Shown: piece after piece, positions 37,370 through 45,995 of the stretch | How the letters are laid out: the number at the start of each line of letters is the position of its first letter | How positions within the stretch are numbered: position 1 is the stretch's first letter | Assembly (NCBI GenBank): GCA_964229335.1 | Contig: CAXRCZ010000007.1 | Span: 59,275-123,274 of the forward strand | DNA length: 64,000 nucleotides | DNA from: Minisyncoccia bacterium | Lineage (GTDB): Bacteria; Patescibacteriota; Minisyncoccia; Phycocordibacterales; UBA918 | Reading direction: 5' to 3' | Position numbers and translations under genes: made by a program | The notes under the pieces: generated by a model | Told to the model about the DNA's origin: nothing | Seen by the model: only the letters and a program-made list of their open reading frames with translations | Databases searched by the model: none

Positions 37370-37996
37370 TTATGGTAGTTTTACGATATACCAATTCCAT
37401 ATACTTTTCACTGAATATCCATCTTGTATTCCGGAATGAATAATCTGCCAGCCTCGGTCCGCTATATATTGCTTTTGCTGAGTAGGGTTAAGGATAGTGA
37501 ATTGTCGAGGATCTTCATTTTCTTTGTCTCCAGAGGGGTGCTGGGATGGAAACGAAAGATATCCTACCGCTCCAGACCGCATCATTTTTTCAATGTTACT
37601 AAACATCTGATTCCATTGCTCAAGTGGCACATGCATAAGTACTGCGGTAGCAAGAAAACCATCAAAGGTCTTGTTTGGTAGAGAAGCAATATCAGCAATG
37701 TTTCCCAATTCGAAACAAAGTTGAGGATATCTTCTTCTAGCAATATTTAAAAATGATTCACTGATGTCAATACCGTGGTATTCCAGATGTCGGCCGATAC
37801 CAAAGAAAAGTGGTACGAGACTACCGTTAGCGCATCCTATATCTAGAATTTCAGACTTTTCCGGGAGTAGACTCGCGAATTTAGAGAATTCTTTTTCATG
37901 GTAAAAACTATTAGTCTTTACACGAGCCCAATCTTCAGCACGCTCATTGTAATAGTTTTTGGTTTCTTCAATCTTATTTAGCTTTGAGGTTGACAT
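37370..37996 (-). CDS. Class I SAM-dependent methyltransferase
   Basis: ILDIGCANG motif I. The ATG at 37996 is preferred and overlaps the trxB end by 23 nt. Confidence 0.75.
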   Translation of the reverse strand: MSTSKLNKIEETKNYYNERAEDWARVKTNSFYHEKEFSKFASLLPEKSEILDIGCANGSLVPLFFGIGRHLEYHGIDISESFLNIARRRYPQLCFELGNIADIASLPNKTFDGFLATAVLMHVPLEQWNQMFSNIEKMMRSGAVGYLSFPSQHPSGDKENEDPRQFTILNPTQQKQYIADRGWQIIHSGIQDGYSVKSIWNWYIVKLP

Positions 37997-38900
37997 AGAT
38001 GTCTTCGAGGGCGCGGACGGCGTCGCCGGCAGAGATGTTGTTTTGGTGGTAGTGGATATTAGTACAATCACCAGCTGCCCAAATATTTTTCACATTGGTT
38101 TGCTGTGTCCATGGGTCAATCTTGATGCGTTGGTACTCATCCAGTTCTACTGTGTCACCAACAAAGTCAGTATTGGGAATCATCCCAATCTCCACAAACA
38201 CACCAGCTACTGGTAAGGTTTCTTTTTCGCCTGTCGAAGTGTCTTCGTAGGTGAGTGAAGTGACAAATTTGTCTCCTTCAATAGAAAGAGTGTTGGCGTT
38301 GGTGATGCCACGCATGTTTTCATGAGCTAGTACCTTTTCGATAGTAACTGGATCGGCTTTAAACTCGTCGCTATGGTGCAATAGCGTCACGCTCTTAGTA
38401 TAGGCTAGAAGCTGAGCGGCGGTCTCAAATCCAGCGTTACCGCCGCCTATCACTGCTACGTCTTGACCAGCGAAGAGAGGACCGTCACAGCTGGCACAGT
38501 ATGTCACACCCTTGTGCTCAAATTTGTCAGCTCCAGGTACATCAAGTCGACGTCGATTTGAGCCGGTAGCAATAAGAACTGCAGAGGCAGAGTGCTCTGT
38601 ACCGTCTGATAGAGTCGCTGTCGCAGTATCGCCATCAGAAGTCAGGTCGGTGACTAGTTGGTCAGAAACAATGTCTACAATGCCTTCTGCGTAGGTTTCG
38701 ACATGTTTCTTAAGGGAGTCGGCCAATTCGCTACCACTAATAGAAGGACTACCAATCCAGTTTTGGATATCAGGAGAGACGATACTCTGTCCACCCCATT
38801 CCTTTGTAACCATAAGGGTGCGTAGTTGTTTGCGGGAAGCGTATACGGCGGCTGCAGAACCCGCTGGTCCACCACCGATAATTATCAAATCGTACATCAT
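37974..38900 (-). CDS. trxB: Thioredoxin-disulfide reductase
   Basis: IIGGGPAGSAA, redox CASCDG, and GGGNAG. Confidence 0.88.
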   Translation of the reverse strand: MMYDLIIIGGGPAGSAAAVYASRKQLRTLMVTKEWGGQSIVSPDIQNWIGSPSISGSELADSLKKHVETYAEGIVDIVSDQLVTDLTSDGDTATATLSDGTEHSASAVLIATGSNRRRLDVPGADKFEHKGVTYCASCDGPLFAGQDVAVIGGGNAGFETAAQLLAYTKSVTLLHHSDEFKADPVTIEKVLAHENMRGITNANTLSIEGDKFVTSLTYEDTSTGEKETLPVAGVFVEIGMIPNTDFVGDTVELDEYQRIKIDPWTQQTNVKNIWAAGDCTNIHYHQNNISAGDAVRALEDIYVNLKAK

Positions 38901-39016
38901 TAATTTCTTACTCGTAAGGTGTCCACCATCATACCAGAGTAGGGCAATCTAATGAAGAAACCACCTAGTAGTCTAGATGGTTTCTGTTGGGAAGATAAAT
39001 TGTAGTTTTTAGAACG

Positions 39017-39150
39017 CTGGTACCGGTCACAAGTTACTAAGTGTTTTCACTAACTTCGTTAGTTGCGAGCACTAAGTACTCGCGACCCCAGCTCGCTTCT
39101 CGTCGCTGCGGGATAGAGCCGCTCCTCACATCGCTGCGCTTGGCGGTACC
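39017..39150 (-). repeat. Solo copy of the tRNA-linked element family, between ftsZ and trxB, bounded by ggtacc
   Basis: The plus strand carries gtcacaagttactaa (39026-39040), cttcgtt, ctaagtactcgcgaccccagctcgct (39072-39097) and gagccgctcctc. These blocks occur in the same order as at the tRNA loci. Confidence 0.65.
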
Positions 39151-39151
39151 C

Positions 39152-40381
39152 TTATTTCAGCTTACTTCGTCGCAGAAATGCGGGTACCGCCCCCCAATCG
39201 TCCTCTTCATCAGAGTCTTCACTCGCGTCGACTGGTTTTGGTTCACGTTTGGGAATTTCTGGACGTGAAGACTGATTAGTGTTTGCTGCTGGAGCTGGTG
39301 TTTCCTCAGCTTTCTTTGGTAGAGAGTTAAATATCTTTCCTTTGGTTGGTGTAATCTCTATATCTTCATCATCCTCTTGAATCGGAGCTCGGCGAGAGAT
39401 ATGCATGCCACCGGTGTTGAGAGTTTCGTCAGGGAAACCAGTAGCGATAACGGTGACTTTGATTTCATTCTTCTTCAACTTCTCGTCACGAATTGCTCCG
39501 AAGATAACTTTTGCTTGAGAATCAATTGATTCAGTGATTACCCGTGCCGCGTCTTGGATTTCGAGCATACCAAGATCATCTCCACCAGCGATGGCGAATA
39601 GAACACCTTTCGCTCCAGTAATCGAAACTTCCAATAGGGGAGAGTTAATAGCGTCTCGAGAAGCTTCCTCAGCACGCTTGTCGCCAGAAGAAATACCTAC
39701 ACCCATCAAGGCTGAGCCGGCATTTTCCATTACGCTGCGGATGTCAGCGAAGTCGACATTGATGATACCTGGCATGGTAATCAGGTCAGAGATACCTTCT
39801 ACCGCTTGACGTAGAACGTTGTCACACTGCTCAAACGCGTTTTTAACAGTGGTCTCCTTGTCTACAATTGCTAGCAAGCGATCGTTAGGGATGGTGATGA
39901 GTGCATCAACCTCTTTCTTCAGTTCTTCGATTCCTTGCAAAGCAAGACGCATACGCTCTTGGCCTTCAAATAAGAATGGTTTAGTCACTACACCAACAGT
40001 GAGAGCACCACTTTCACGAGCGATTTTAGCTACGACGGGAGCAGATCCGGTACCGGTACCTCCACCCATTCCTCCAGTGATGAAGATCATATCTGATCCT
40101 TTGATGGCGTTGGCGATTTCTTCTCGAGTTTCTTCAGCAGCGCGGCGACCCATGTCAGGGTTACCACCAGCTCCTAGACCGCGGGTGAGGTTCTTACCGA
40201 TGTGAATTTTTTTCTTAGCTAGCGAGTGATGTAAGTCTTGGGCGTCACTGTTTACTGCAATAAATTCCACTCCTTTAACTTTTGAGTTCACCATGTGGTT
40301 CACGGCGTTCTTTCCAGAGCCGCCGACACCAACGACTCTTATACGTGCAAATGACTCTACGTCTGATTTAATTTGTTCCAT
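39152..40381 (-). CDS. ftsZ: Cell division protein FtsZ
   Basis: [11 protein letters not shown] tubulin signature and NTD...GxxGxG start. Confidence 0.95.
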   Translation of the reverse strand: MEQIKSDVESFARIRVVGVGGSGKNAVNHMVNSKVKGVEFIAVNSDAQDLHHSLAKKKIHIGKNLTRGLGAGGNPDMGRRAAEETREEIANAIKGSDMIFITGGMGGGTGTGSAPVVAKIARESGALTVGVVTKPFLFEGQERMRLALQGIEELKKEVDALITIPNDRLLAIVDKETTVKNAFEQCDNVLRQAVEGISDLITMPGIINVDFADIRSVMENAGSALMGVGISSGDKRAEEASRDAINSPLLEVSITGAKGVLFAIAGGDDLGMLEIQDAARVITESIDSQAKVIFGAIRDEKLKKNEIKVTVIATGFPDETLNTGGMHISRRAPIQEDDEDIEITPTKGKIFNSLPKKAEETPAPAANTNQSSRPEIPKREPKPVDASEDSDEEDDWGAVPAFLRRSKLK

Positions 40382-40527
40382 ACTGAAGATTATTTTTCAC
40401 CTACTCACCACCCATCAGTCGTGTTCGTAGCTAGTAACATCATCTATCATACACAAACAAAAAAGACCTGTCATCCTATTGACATATCTCACATTCGTGT
40501 AATTGACTTTTACTATCTAAAGTTAGT

Positions 40528-41703
40528 TTATGGTAGGAATTGACTAAGCCAAGCTAACAGATTGTGTCTGGTTTTTTTAACTACTCCGATAGCTGAGGTA
40601 TCGGCAGTGTCACTGGCACCCCACATACACAATCCGTATGCTACCGCCCATGACACATCGCGTCCTTTGACATTTTTTCCTTTACCTATTTCTAAATTCG
40701 CTGTCCTTGCTGGTAGAGATAGGGTCTCTTTAGCGACATCAACCGTTTGAGGTAGAGAGGCACCACCGCCTGTCATAATAATTCCTGCTGGCAACAGACC
40801 GTCACGTTTGATATGTTTGAGATGATTTTCTACCAGGTCAAATATTCCTTTCAATCGTTCGGTAATAATTTCATCTACTTTCTTTTTGGAAAACGTTGCG
40901 CTCGTCATAGCACCGCGTTTTATCTTCTCAGCTTCTTCTAGTGGTACTCGCAAGCCAAGCGCTAGGTCGTTGGTAACGTCAGCGCTCCCGACTGGAAAAA
41001 TTTTGAGAGAGATGGGGGTGGATTCTTCAAATACTACCACTGAGGTTGTTTCAGCCCCTATGTTAGCTAGTACACACCCGGCTCTCTTTTGGGCTTTGGA
41101 GAGCAGTACAAAGCTGGCAGCAAGCGGGGATGCGATGACATCTTCTACGTATACACCGGTGTTTTCGATGGTGCTAATTAAATCATTCACATGCTGTTCG
41201 TAGGTAGTAATGAACAAACTATCAACCTCGAGCTTGGTACCCTTGAGACCTTGCGGTCGACCCAAGACTTCAGTGCCGTCGATGGTGTATCGAAGCGGAA
41301 TTCCATGCAGGATGCGGCGATTAGGAATATGGTCAAGGACGCGTTCCTCGCTATCCTGCATTAACTTTTCAGTGTCAGTGGATGTCACTTCGGAATCTGC
41401 TCGGGTCGGAATGATTTCGCCGTGAGAGTAAATTTCTTCAAGACCAATACTACCAATTGCTACATGAGCCTTTTTAATGCTAATTCCAGCTGTTCTTTCG
41501 GCTTGAGTGAGGGCAGCTTTGAGACTACGTGATACCTCGCCTGGTTGTAGTATGTAGCCATTTTTTAGACCACGGCTTTCTGATAGGCCAGTGGCAATGA
41601 TTTCAGGTTTTTGTGACCCTGACTGATTTTTAACCACACGAGCCACTGCCACTTTAATGTGGTAGGTTCCAATATCGATACCAGTGATGATTTGATCAGC
41701 CAT
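40528..41703 (-). CDS. ftsA: Cell division protein FtsA
   Basis: Actin-like fold motifs GIDIGT and GGGASL. Immediately upstream of ftsZ. Confidence 0.88.
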   Translation of the reverse strand: MADQIITGIDIGTYHIKVAVARVVKNQSGSQKPEIIATGLSESRGLKNGYILQPGEVSRSLKAALTQAERTAGISIKKAHVAIGSIGLEEIYSHGEIIPTRADSEVTSTDTEKLMQDSEERVLDHIPNRRILHGIPLRYTIDGTEVLGRPQGLKGTKLEVDSLFITTYEQHVNDLISTIENTGVYVEDVIASPLAASFVLLSKAQKRAGCVLANIGAETTSVVVFEESTPISLKIFPVGSADVTNDLALGLRVPLEEAEKIKRGAMTSATFSKKKVDEIITERLKGIFDLVENHLKHIKRDGLLPAGIIMTGGGASLPQTVDVAKETLSLPARTANLEIGKGKNVKGRDVSWAVAYGLCMWGASDTADTSAIGVVKKTRHNLLAWLSQFLP

Positions 41704-41706
41704 AGA

Positions 41707-42090
41707 TTATGTAATTTTGAACTTACGCAAATACGCTTGCTCTTGTTTTTCCATTGTATCCCCGTGGTCATGTCCTTTCAAATGCAGACAACCGTGGATA
41801 AATAAGAAAGCGACATGTCCTCTGGGAGTGAGGGAAAACTTAGTAGCCTCTCTCTTGGCAATGTCTGGACAAATATATATTTCGCCCACTTTTTCATCTA
41901 GAGGGAAAGAGAGTATATTTGGAATGTAGTCTTTGTTCCGGTATTTTTTATTTAAAGTGGCGGCACGGTCGCGGCCAATGAAGGTAAGAGATAGCTCGTA
42001 ACGCTGGCCAAGGATTTCGTTTTTGATTGCTTCATACGGCCACACCGGATAGTCGGAGACGGTAGCTGAGACGGTGACAGAATTAGACAT
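41707..42090 (-). CDS. ybeY: rRNA maturation RNase YbeY
   Basis: HGCLHLKGHDH zinc motif. Confidence 0.88.
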   Translation of the reverse strand: MSNSVTVSATVSDYPVWPYEAIKNEILGQRYELSLTFIGRDRAATLNKKYRNKDYIPNILSFPLDEKVGEIYICPDIAKREATKFSLTPRGHVAFLFIHGCLHLKGHDHGDTMEKQEQAYLRKFKIT

Positions 42091-42114
42091 AGCAAATGTT
42101 ATTATACACTACTA

Positions 42115-42154
42115 AAAAACCGCGCCGTGAGCAGATGCTAACGGCGCGGTTTTT
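42115..42154 (-). terminator. Rho-independent terminator after rpsU
   Basis: accgcgccg...cggcgcggt stem flanked by A and T runs. Confidence 0.75.
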
Positions 42155-42158
42155 GGTT

Positions 42159-42401
42159 TTACCGGCGAGAACGAAAATCTTGAATCTTGCCTAGCTTTAC
42201 GAGTTTTTCGTATCGATCACGTTTCTCCAGTTTTTTGAGTTTAGCAGTGCGTTGTACATTGCGACTCTTGTTGCGAGAGTGGTAGCGATTATTTCGCACT
42301 TTAGGAATGATCCCGGCGCCTTGTACACGCTTTGTAAAGCGACGAATTACGTTCGCGCTACTCTCATTATTGTTTTTTGTTACTTCAACATTGGTTGCCA
42401 T
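42159..42401 (-). CDS. rpsU: 30S ribosomal protein S21
   Basis: MATNVEV...ANVIRRFTKRV...RYHSRNKSR basic profile. The ATG at 42401 is preferred. Confidence 0.8.
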   Translation of the reverse strand: MATNVEVTKNNNESSANVIRRFTKRVQGAGIIPKVRNNRYHSRNKSRNVQRTAKLKKLEKRDRYEKLVKLGKIQDFRSRR

Positions 42402-42446
42402 AGGTCGCAAGAGCATAGCATCACTCGCCGAGATTAGCAAGACTAT

Positions 42447-43607
42447 TTAGAGCGTCACACTACTTTTTCGGCGCAGGCGTTTGACAGCTTCGTGCATATT
42501 AACAAATTCCTGGTTTCGAGCGTCCATATCGCGCAGTATCACTGTATCTTCGACAAATTCTTTTTGCCCGATAATGATGGAGTACTTCACCCCTTTGTTT
42601 TCCGCATCGCGCAGCTGCGCTGATAATGAATCAGACGTTAGGTCGTGAAAGACAGGCACACCAGCTTGTTTAAGAGCGTCTATCAGCAGCAAACTGCGGA
42701 TTTTTGGTCCAAAGCCGAGGTGAACTACATATACCGCTGGGGTGATACTTTTTATACGAGGTAGTCGAGCAGGGGTCTTGGAATTTTTAAGGGTCACCAC
42801 TACACCAGCGGCAGGTGTGCGAGCGTGCGTGTTGCGGTGAACAAATTCGTCAAATCGACCGCCTTGGATAGTTAGCGGCGGCTCGTCTTCGCCTAGCAAG
42901 TCGATAGAGAAAATAGCGTCTGAGTAGCATTCATGGTGAGCCATCATCTTTGGGTCTATCTCATATGGAGTGTCACTCATATCGAGAAATTCAATGATCT
43001 CTCGAAAGTGCTTGCGGCTCGGATCGCTCAAGTATTCTAGAGGGTTAGGTGAACGCTGGGCCAGTTCATGATTTTCCTTAATGAGTTGACTCAGGGCACG
43101 CAGAGGGTGTTCTTTCATTAACTCACGAGCCTCAGACGACATAGTGTCCATTCGTTTCTTAAGGAAATTAGTCAACTCGCGCGTATATCGCGCGACTGAA
43201 TCTCGGTCTCCAAGTGAATTAATTCGCACTGAGTGTTCAGTGTGGCCGAGGTCAGTAGCTAAAGCACGGGCAGTTTGAATGAGTAAGGCTTCAGCAATGC
43301 TTTTTTCAGCATTGAAGACATGAAAGATTACCGCCGCTTCACCGGTTCGTGGGGTTTGGGCAATAGAGTAAAAGAGAACCGGTCGATCAAACGCATGAAG
43401 CTGGTCTTCACAGTAGGTAACTAGTCCCGAACTCAACAAACCATTTTGTTCATCAACACGCTTATTAAGACCAGTGACTGAATGGGGAAGGGTGACAGTG
43501 CACTCTTTGCACTCAGTTTCTTTTTTGAGTTGCTCAGCCTCCCGAAATCCAAAGTGTTCAGCCACTTGGCGAGCAGTTTTAAGGAAATCTGTTGGAGAGT
43601 AAGACAT
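42447..43607 (-). CDS. HisRS-like class II aaRS paralog with an HGTP anticodon-binding domain and degenerate catalytic motifs
   Basis: INSLGD and QGGRFDEF match HisRS. The C-terminal VYVVHLG...KYSIIIGQKE matches the HGTP domain. The motif-2 arginines and RGLDYY are not recognisable. Confidence 0.6.
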   Translation of the reverse strand: MSYSPTDFLKTARQVAEHFGFREAEQLKKETECKECTVTLPHSVTGLNKRVDEQNGLLSSGLVTYCEDQLHAFDRPVLFYSIAQTPRTGEAAVIFHVFNAEKSIAEALLIQTARALATDLGHTEHSVRINSLGDRDSVARYTRELTNFLKKRMDTMSSEARELMKEHPLRALSQLIKENHELAQRSPNPLEYLSDPSRKHFREIIEFLDMSDTPYEIDPKMMAHHECYSDAIFSIDLLGEDEPPLTIQGGRFDEFVHRNTHARTPAAGVVVTLKNSKTPARLPRIKSITPAVYVVHLGFGPKIRSLLLIDALKQAGVPVFHDLTSDSLSAQLRDAENKGVKYSIIIGQKEFVEDTVILRDMDARNQEFVNMHEAVKRLRRKSSVTL

Positions 43608-43608
43608 A

Positions 43609-44229
43609 TTAGTTAGAGGTATTAGTTACGCTAGTAATGGCGCCTGGAAAAAACTCAAATGACTGAGGCGGAAACAGTCGTACCCACGCTCTGCCAATAA
43701 TCTTATCCTCTTCCAGTGGTCCCCAGGTGCGAGAGTCAGAGCTTTTATCACGATTATCACCCATCACAAAATATTCATCTTCACTGAGGGTGGTAGTGAA
43801 TGGAGCGGTCGGTGTCATTTGAGCGATGTATGGTTCGTCTAGTACAAAGCCATTGGGTGAATTTTGATTAGATATTGTCACTTCGTTATCAATGATTGAA
43901 ATGGTTTCTCCTGGTAAGCCAATCACTCGCTTAATAAAGAATTTTGATGGATCACGGGGGTAGCGGAATATGATTACTTCACCGCGAGCAGGCTCATCAA
44001 AGTGGTAAGTTACTTGATCAATTATCAAATACTCACCGGTATAAAATGTCTCTTCCATAGATGCGCCAGAGACAATAAATGGTTGAGCAATAAATAACCG
44101 AATCGGGACTACGATAATAATGGCGATGATAGAAAAGCGGACAATTTCTGCGAGAGGATGCTCCTTCTTCTCCGGTTTGGTGGTGTCGGTAGAAAGATCA
44201 GTGGAGGGTTGTTGAGAAAATAACGCCAT
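43609..44229 (-). CDS. lepB: Signal peptidase I
   Basis: SGASME (Ser box), RVIGLPGE, and GDNRDKSSDSR. Confidence 0.9.
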   Translation of the reverse strand: MALFSQQPSTDLSTDTTKPEKKEHPLAEIVRFSIIAIIIVVPIRLFIAQPFIVSGASMEETFYTGEYLIIDQVTYHFDEPARGEVIIFRYPRDPSKFFIKRVIGLPGETISIIDNEVTISNQNSPNGFVLDEPYIAQMTPTAPFTTTLSEDEYFVMGDNRDKSSDSRTWGPLEEDKIIGRAWVRLFPPQSFEFFPGAITSVTNTSN

Positions 44230-44323
44230 GAGAAGATGATTTTTATTATTATACGAAATTTTAGAAGGTAAAACAAATTAAGCAAAATCACGAGCAACAA
44301 AGTTGCGACTAAATTTTGCTTAT

Positions 44324-44379
44324 GCCGGCGCTTAGCCAGAATCGACCTCTCAAGGGATATTTTGGCTGTAGCGAGCGGC
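44324..44379 (-). repeat. 56-nt three-stem hairpin motif, copy 2
   Basis: Minus strand reads gccg-ct-cgc-tac-agcca-[24 nt with GTCGATTC]-tggct-aa-gcg-c-cggc. Lies 94 nt upstream of the lepB ATG. Confidence 0.6.
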
Positions 44380-44423
44380 AAAGGAAGTCTGTTCCGTTGC
44401 CGACAGTTAAAGCAAGTACTTAT

Positions 44424-44479
44424 ACAGGCACTTAATCAGATTCGACTTCTCTAGGAAGAATATGATTGTAGTGAGCTGT
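44424..44479 (-). repeat. 56-nt three-stem hairpin motif, copy 3
   Basis: Minus strand reads acag-ct-cac-tac-aatca-[24 nt with GTCGAATC]-tgatt-aa-gtg-c-ctgt. Exactly 100 nt from copy 2. Confidence 0.6.
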
Positions 44480-44662
44480 AAAGAAAGTACAACATCAACT
44501 ACTATTAGTTAAATTACTCTGAAGTGATTGGGTCGGCACTGTGCTTAGAACACGAATCGAGTTCTCCGCTCACAATCTTAGATTGCTCCGCGAGATTCCA
44601 ATCACAGCGCCGACCCAACACCGCCCTCCGAAAACACTAAACAACATGCTATTGTTTTAAGA

Positions 44663-45250
44663 ATGCATTACATCGTAGGACTAGGGAATCCAGGTACAAA
44701 GTATGAAGAAACCCGTCACAATGTTGGCTGGATGCTGCTGGATTACATGAGAGAACAGGCCTCACTACCGGCTTTGGTGCACGAGAAGAAAAATAGTGCC
44801 CACCTGACTGAAGGTAGTATTAGCGGAGTATCAGTGAAGCTCATATACCCTGACACATATATGAATAACTCTGGCTCAGCGGTGGCAAAATTTGTCTCGA
44901 AGGATGAGATTCAGAATTTAATTGTTGTTCACGATGATGTGGACTTGCCATTTGGTACGATTAAAATTGGTAAGGGTAGGGGTGATGGTGGTAACAACGG
45001 CATCAAATCCATCATTTCAAAGCTTGGCAGCAAAGATTTTATTAGAATTCGTATCGGCATAGCTCCCACTAGTTTTTGGACTGGCGAAGTCAAGCGACCG
45101 CGAGGGGGAAGGGTGCTCGAAAGTTTCGTACTCAAGCCATTTAGCAAGAAAGAGGAAAAGCAGCTCAATGAAGTGTTGGAAAAGACTTATAAAGCACTTC
45201 AGGAGATACTAAAAAACGGCCCCGAAGTCGCGATGAACAGATTCAATTAA
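44663..45250 (+). CDS. pth: Peptidyl-tRNA hydrolase
   Basis: VGLGNPG..Y..TRHNVGW start and HDD(V)DLPFG. Confidence 0.92.
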   Translation: MHYIVGLGNPGTKYEETRHNVGWMLLDYMREQASLPALVHEKKNSAHLTEGSISGVSVKLIYPDTYMNNSGSAVAKFVSKDEIQNLIVVHDDVDLPFGTIKIGKGRGDGGNNGIKSIISKLGSKDFIRIRIGIAPTSFWTGEVKRPRGGRVLESFVLKPFSKKEEKQLNEVLEKTYKALQEILKNGPEVAMNRFN

Positions 45251-45254
45251 TCAT

Positions 45255-45839
45255 ATGGAGAGATTTGAAACATACCCCAACAATAGACAAGAAAATTGGA
45301 TTACTTATCGAGAGTCTCCAGAATTTTTGAGTGGTATAAAAAAACTTGAGAAGTTATATGAAATTACACATCAAGCTAAAGTAATTATTTTAGCCGTTGC
45401 ATTAAATATAAAAAAAGCTGGAGAATTTGAGGTATCAGAATCAGAGGCTAACTACACAGAAGAAATGTTGTCTGAATTAGGGGTCTTTTTCAATCGTCAC
45501 AGTACTCATGAGGAGCACGGTTTAATTGAAACGCGCTTTTTTATTGGTGCTACAATGGAAGATTTACATGAAGCTCTTGATGCTACTGGAAAAGGAGATC
45601 ATGCTAGTTTTGGAAAAGCAATGGATTTTCCAGTGACCGCAGTCGAAGCGTATGCTAATGAGAGTAAGTTAGTGCAATGGGGCGATTGGTCACGCTTGAC
45701 CGAAGAAGAGAAAGCTTTCCTCTTCTTTCGTTTTTCAGAAGAGCATTTTGACGAAGAGGTTAAGTGGCTTGAACAAATCATAGCAGCAGTTAAACGGTAT
45801 TCTCCAACTATATACGAAGAAGTCATGAAAATGAGATAG
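45255..45839 (+). CDS. Hypothetical protein
   Basis: 194-aa ORF, 4 nt after pth. Confidence 0.55.
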   Translation: MERFETYPNNRQENWITYRESPEFLSGIKKLEKLYEITHQAKVIILAVALNIKKAGEFEVSESEANYTEEMLSELGVFFNRHSTHEEHGLIETRFFIGATMEDLHEALDATGKGDHASFGKAMDFPVTAVEAYANESKLVQWGDWSRLTEEEKAFLFFRFSEEHFDEEVKWLEQIIAAVKRYSPTIYEEVMKMR

Positions 45840-45995
45840 TGGACCACAAAAAAATCCGCCGAGGCGGATTTTTGTGTCTTGAGAGCGTTTCAAAATCAGA
45901 CAAGTGCTTAGGAGGCCAGCTGAAATTTTTCGAGTCGTACTAGGTTGTACGGTGAGAAAGATTACAGTGCCAGCCAACAACTCAATTGTCGATTT

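Noticed and set aside
39534-40205. 91-aa and 128-aa plus-strand ORFs. Similar antisense ORFs occur inside typA, gyrA, rpsA, infB, valS and lepA.
   Set aside because: They are shadow ORFs opposite highly conserved genes (ftsZ here), with biased Ser/Pro/Ala-rich translations.
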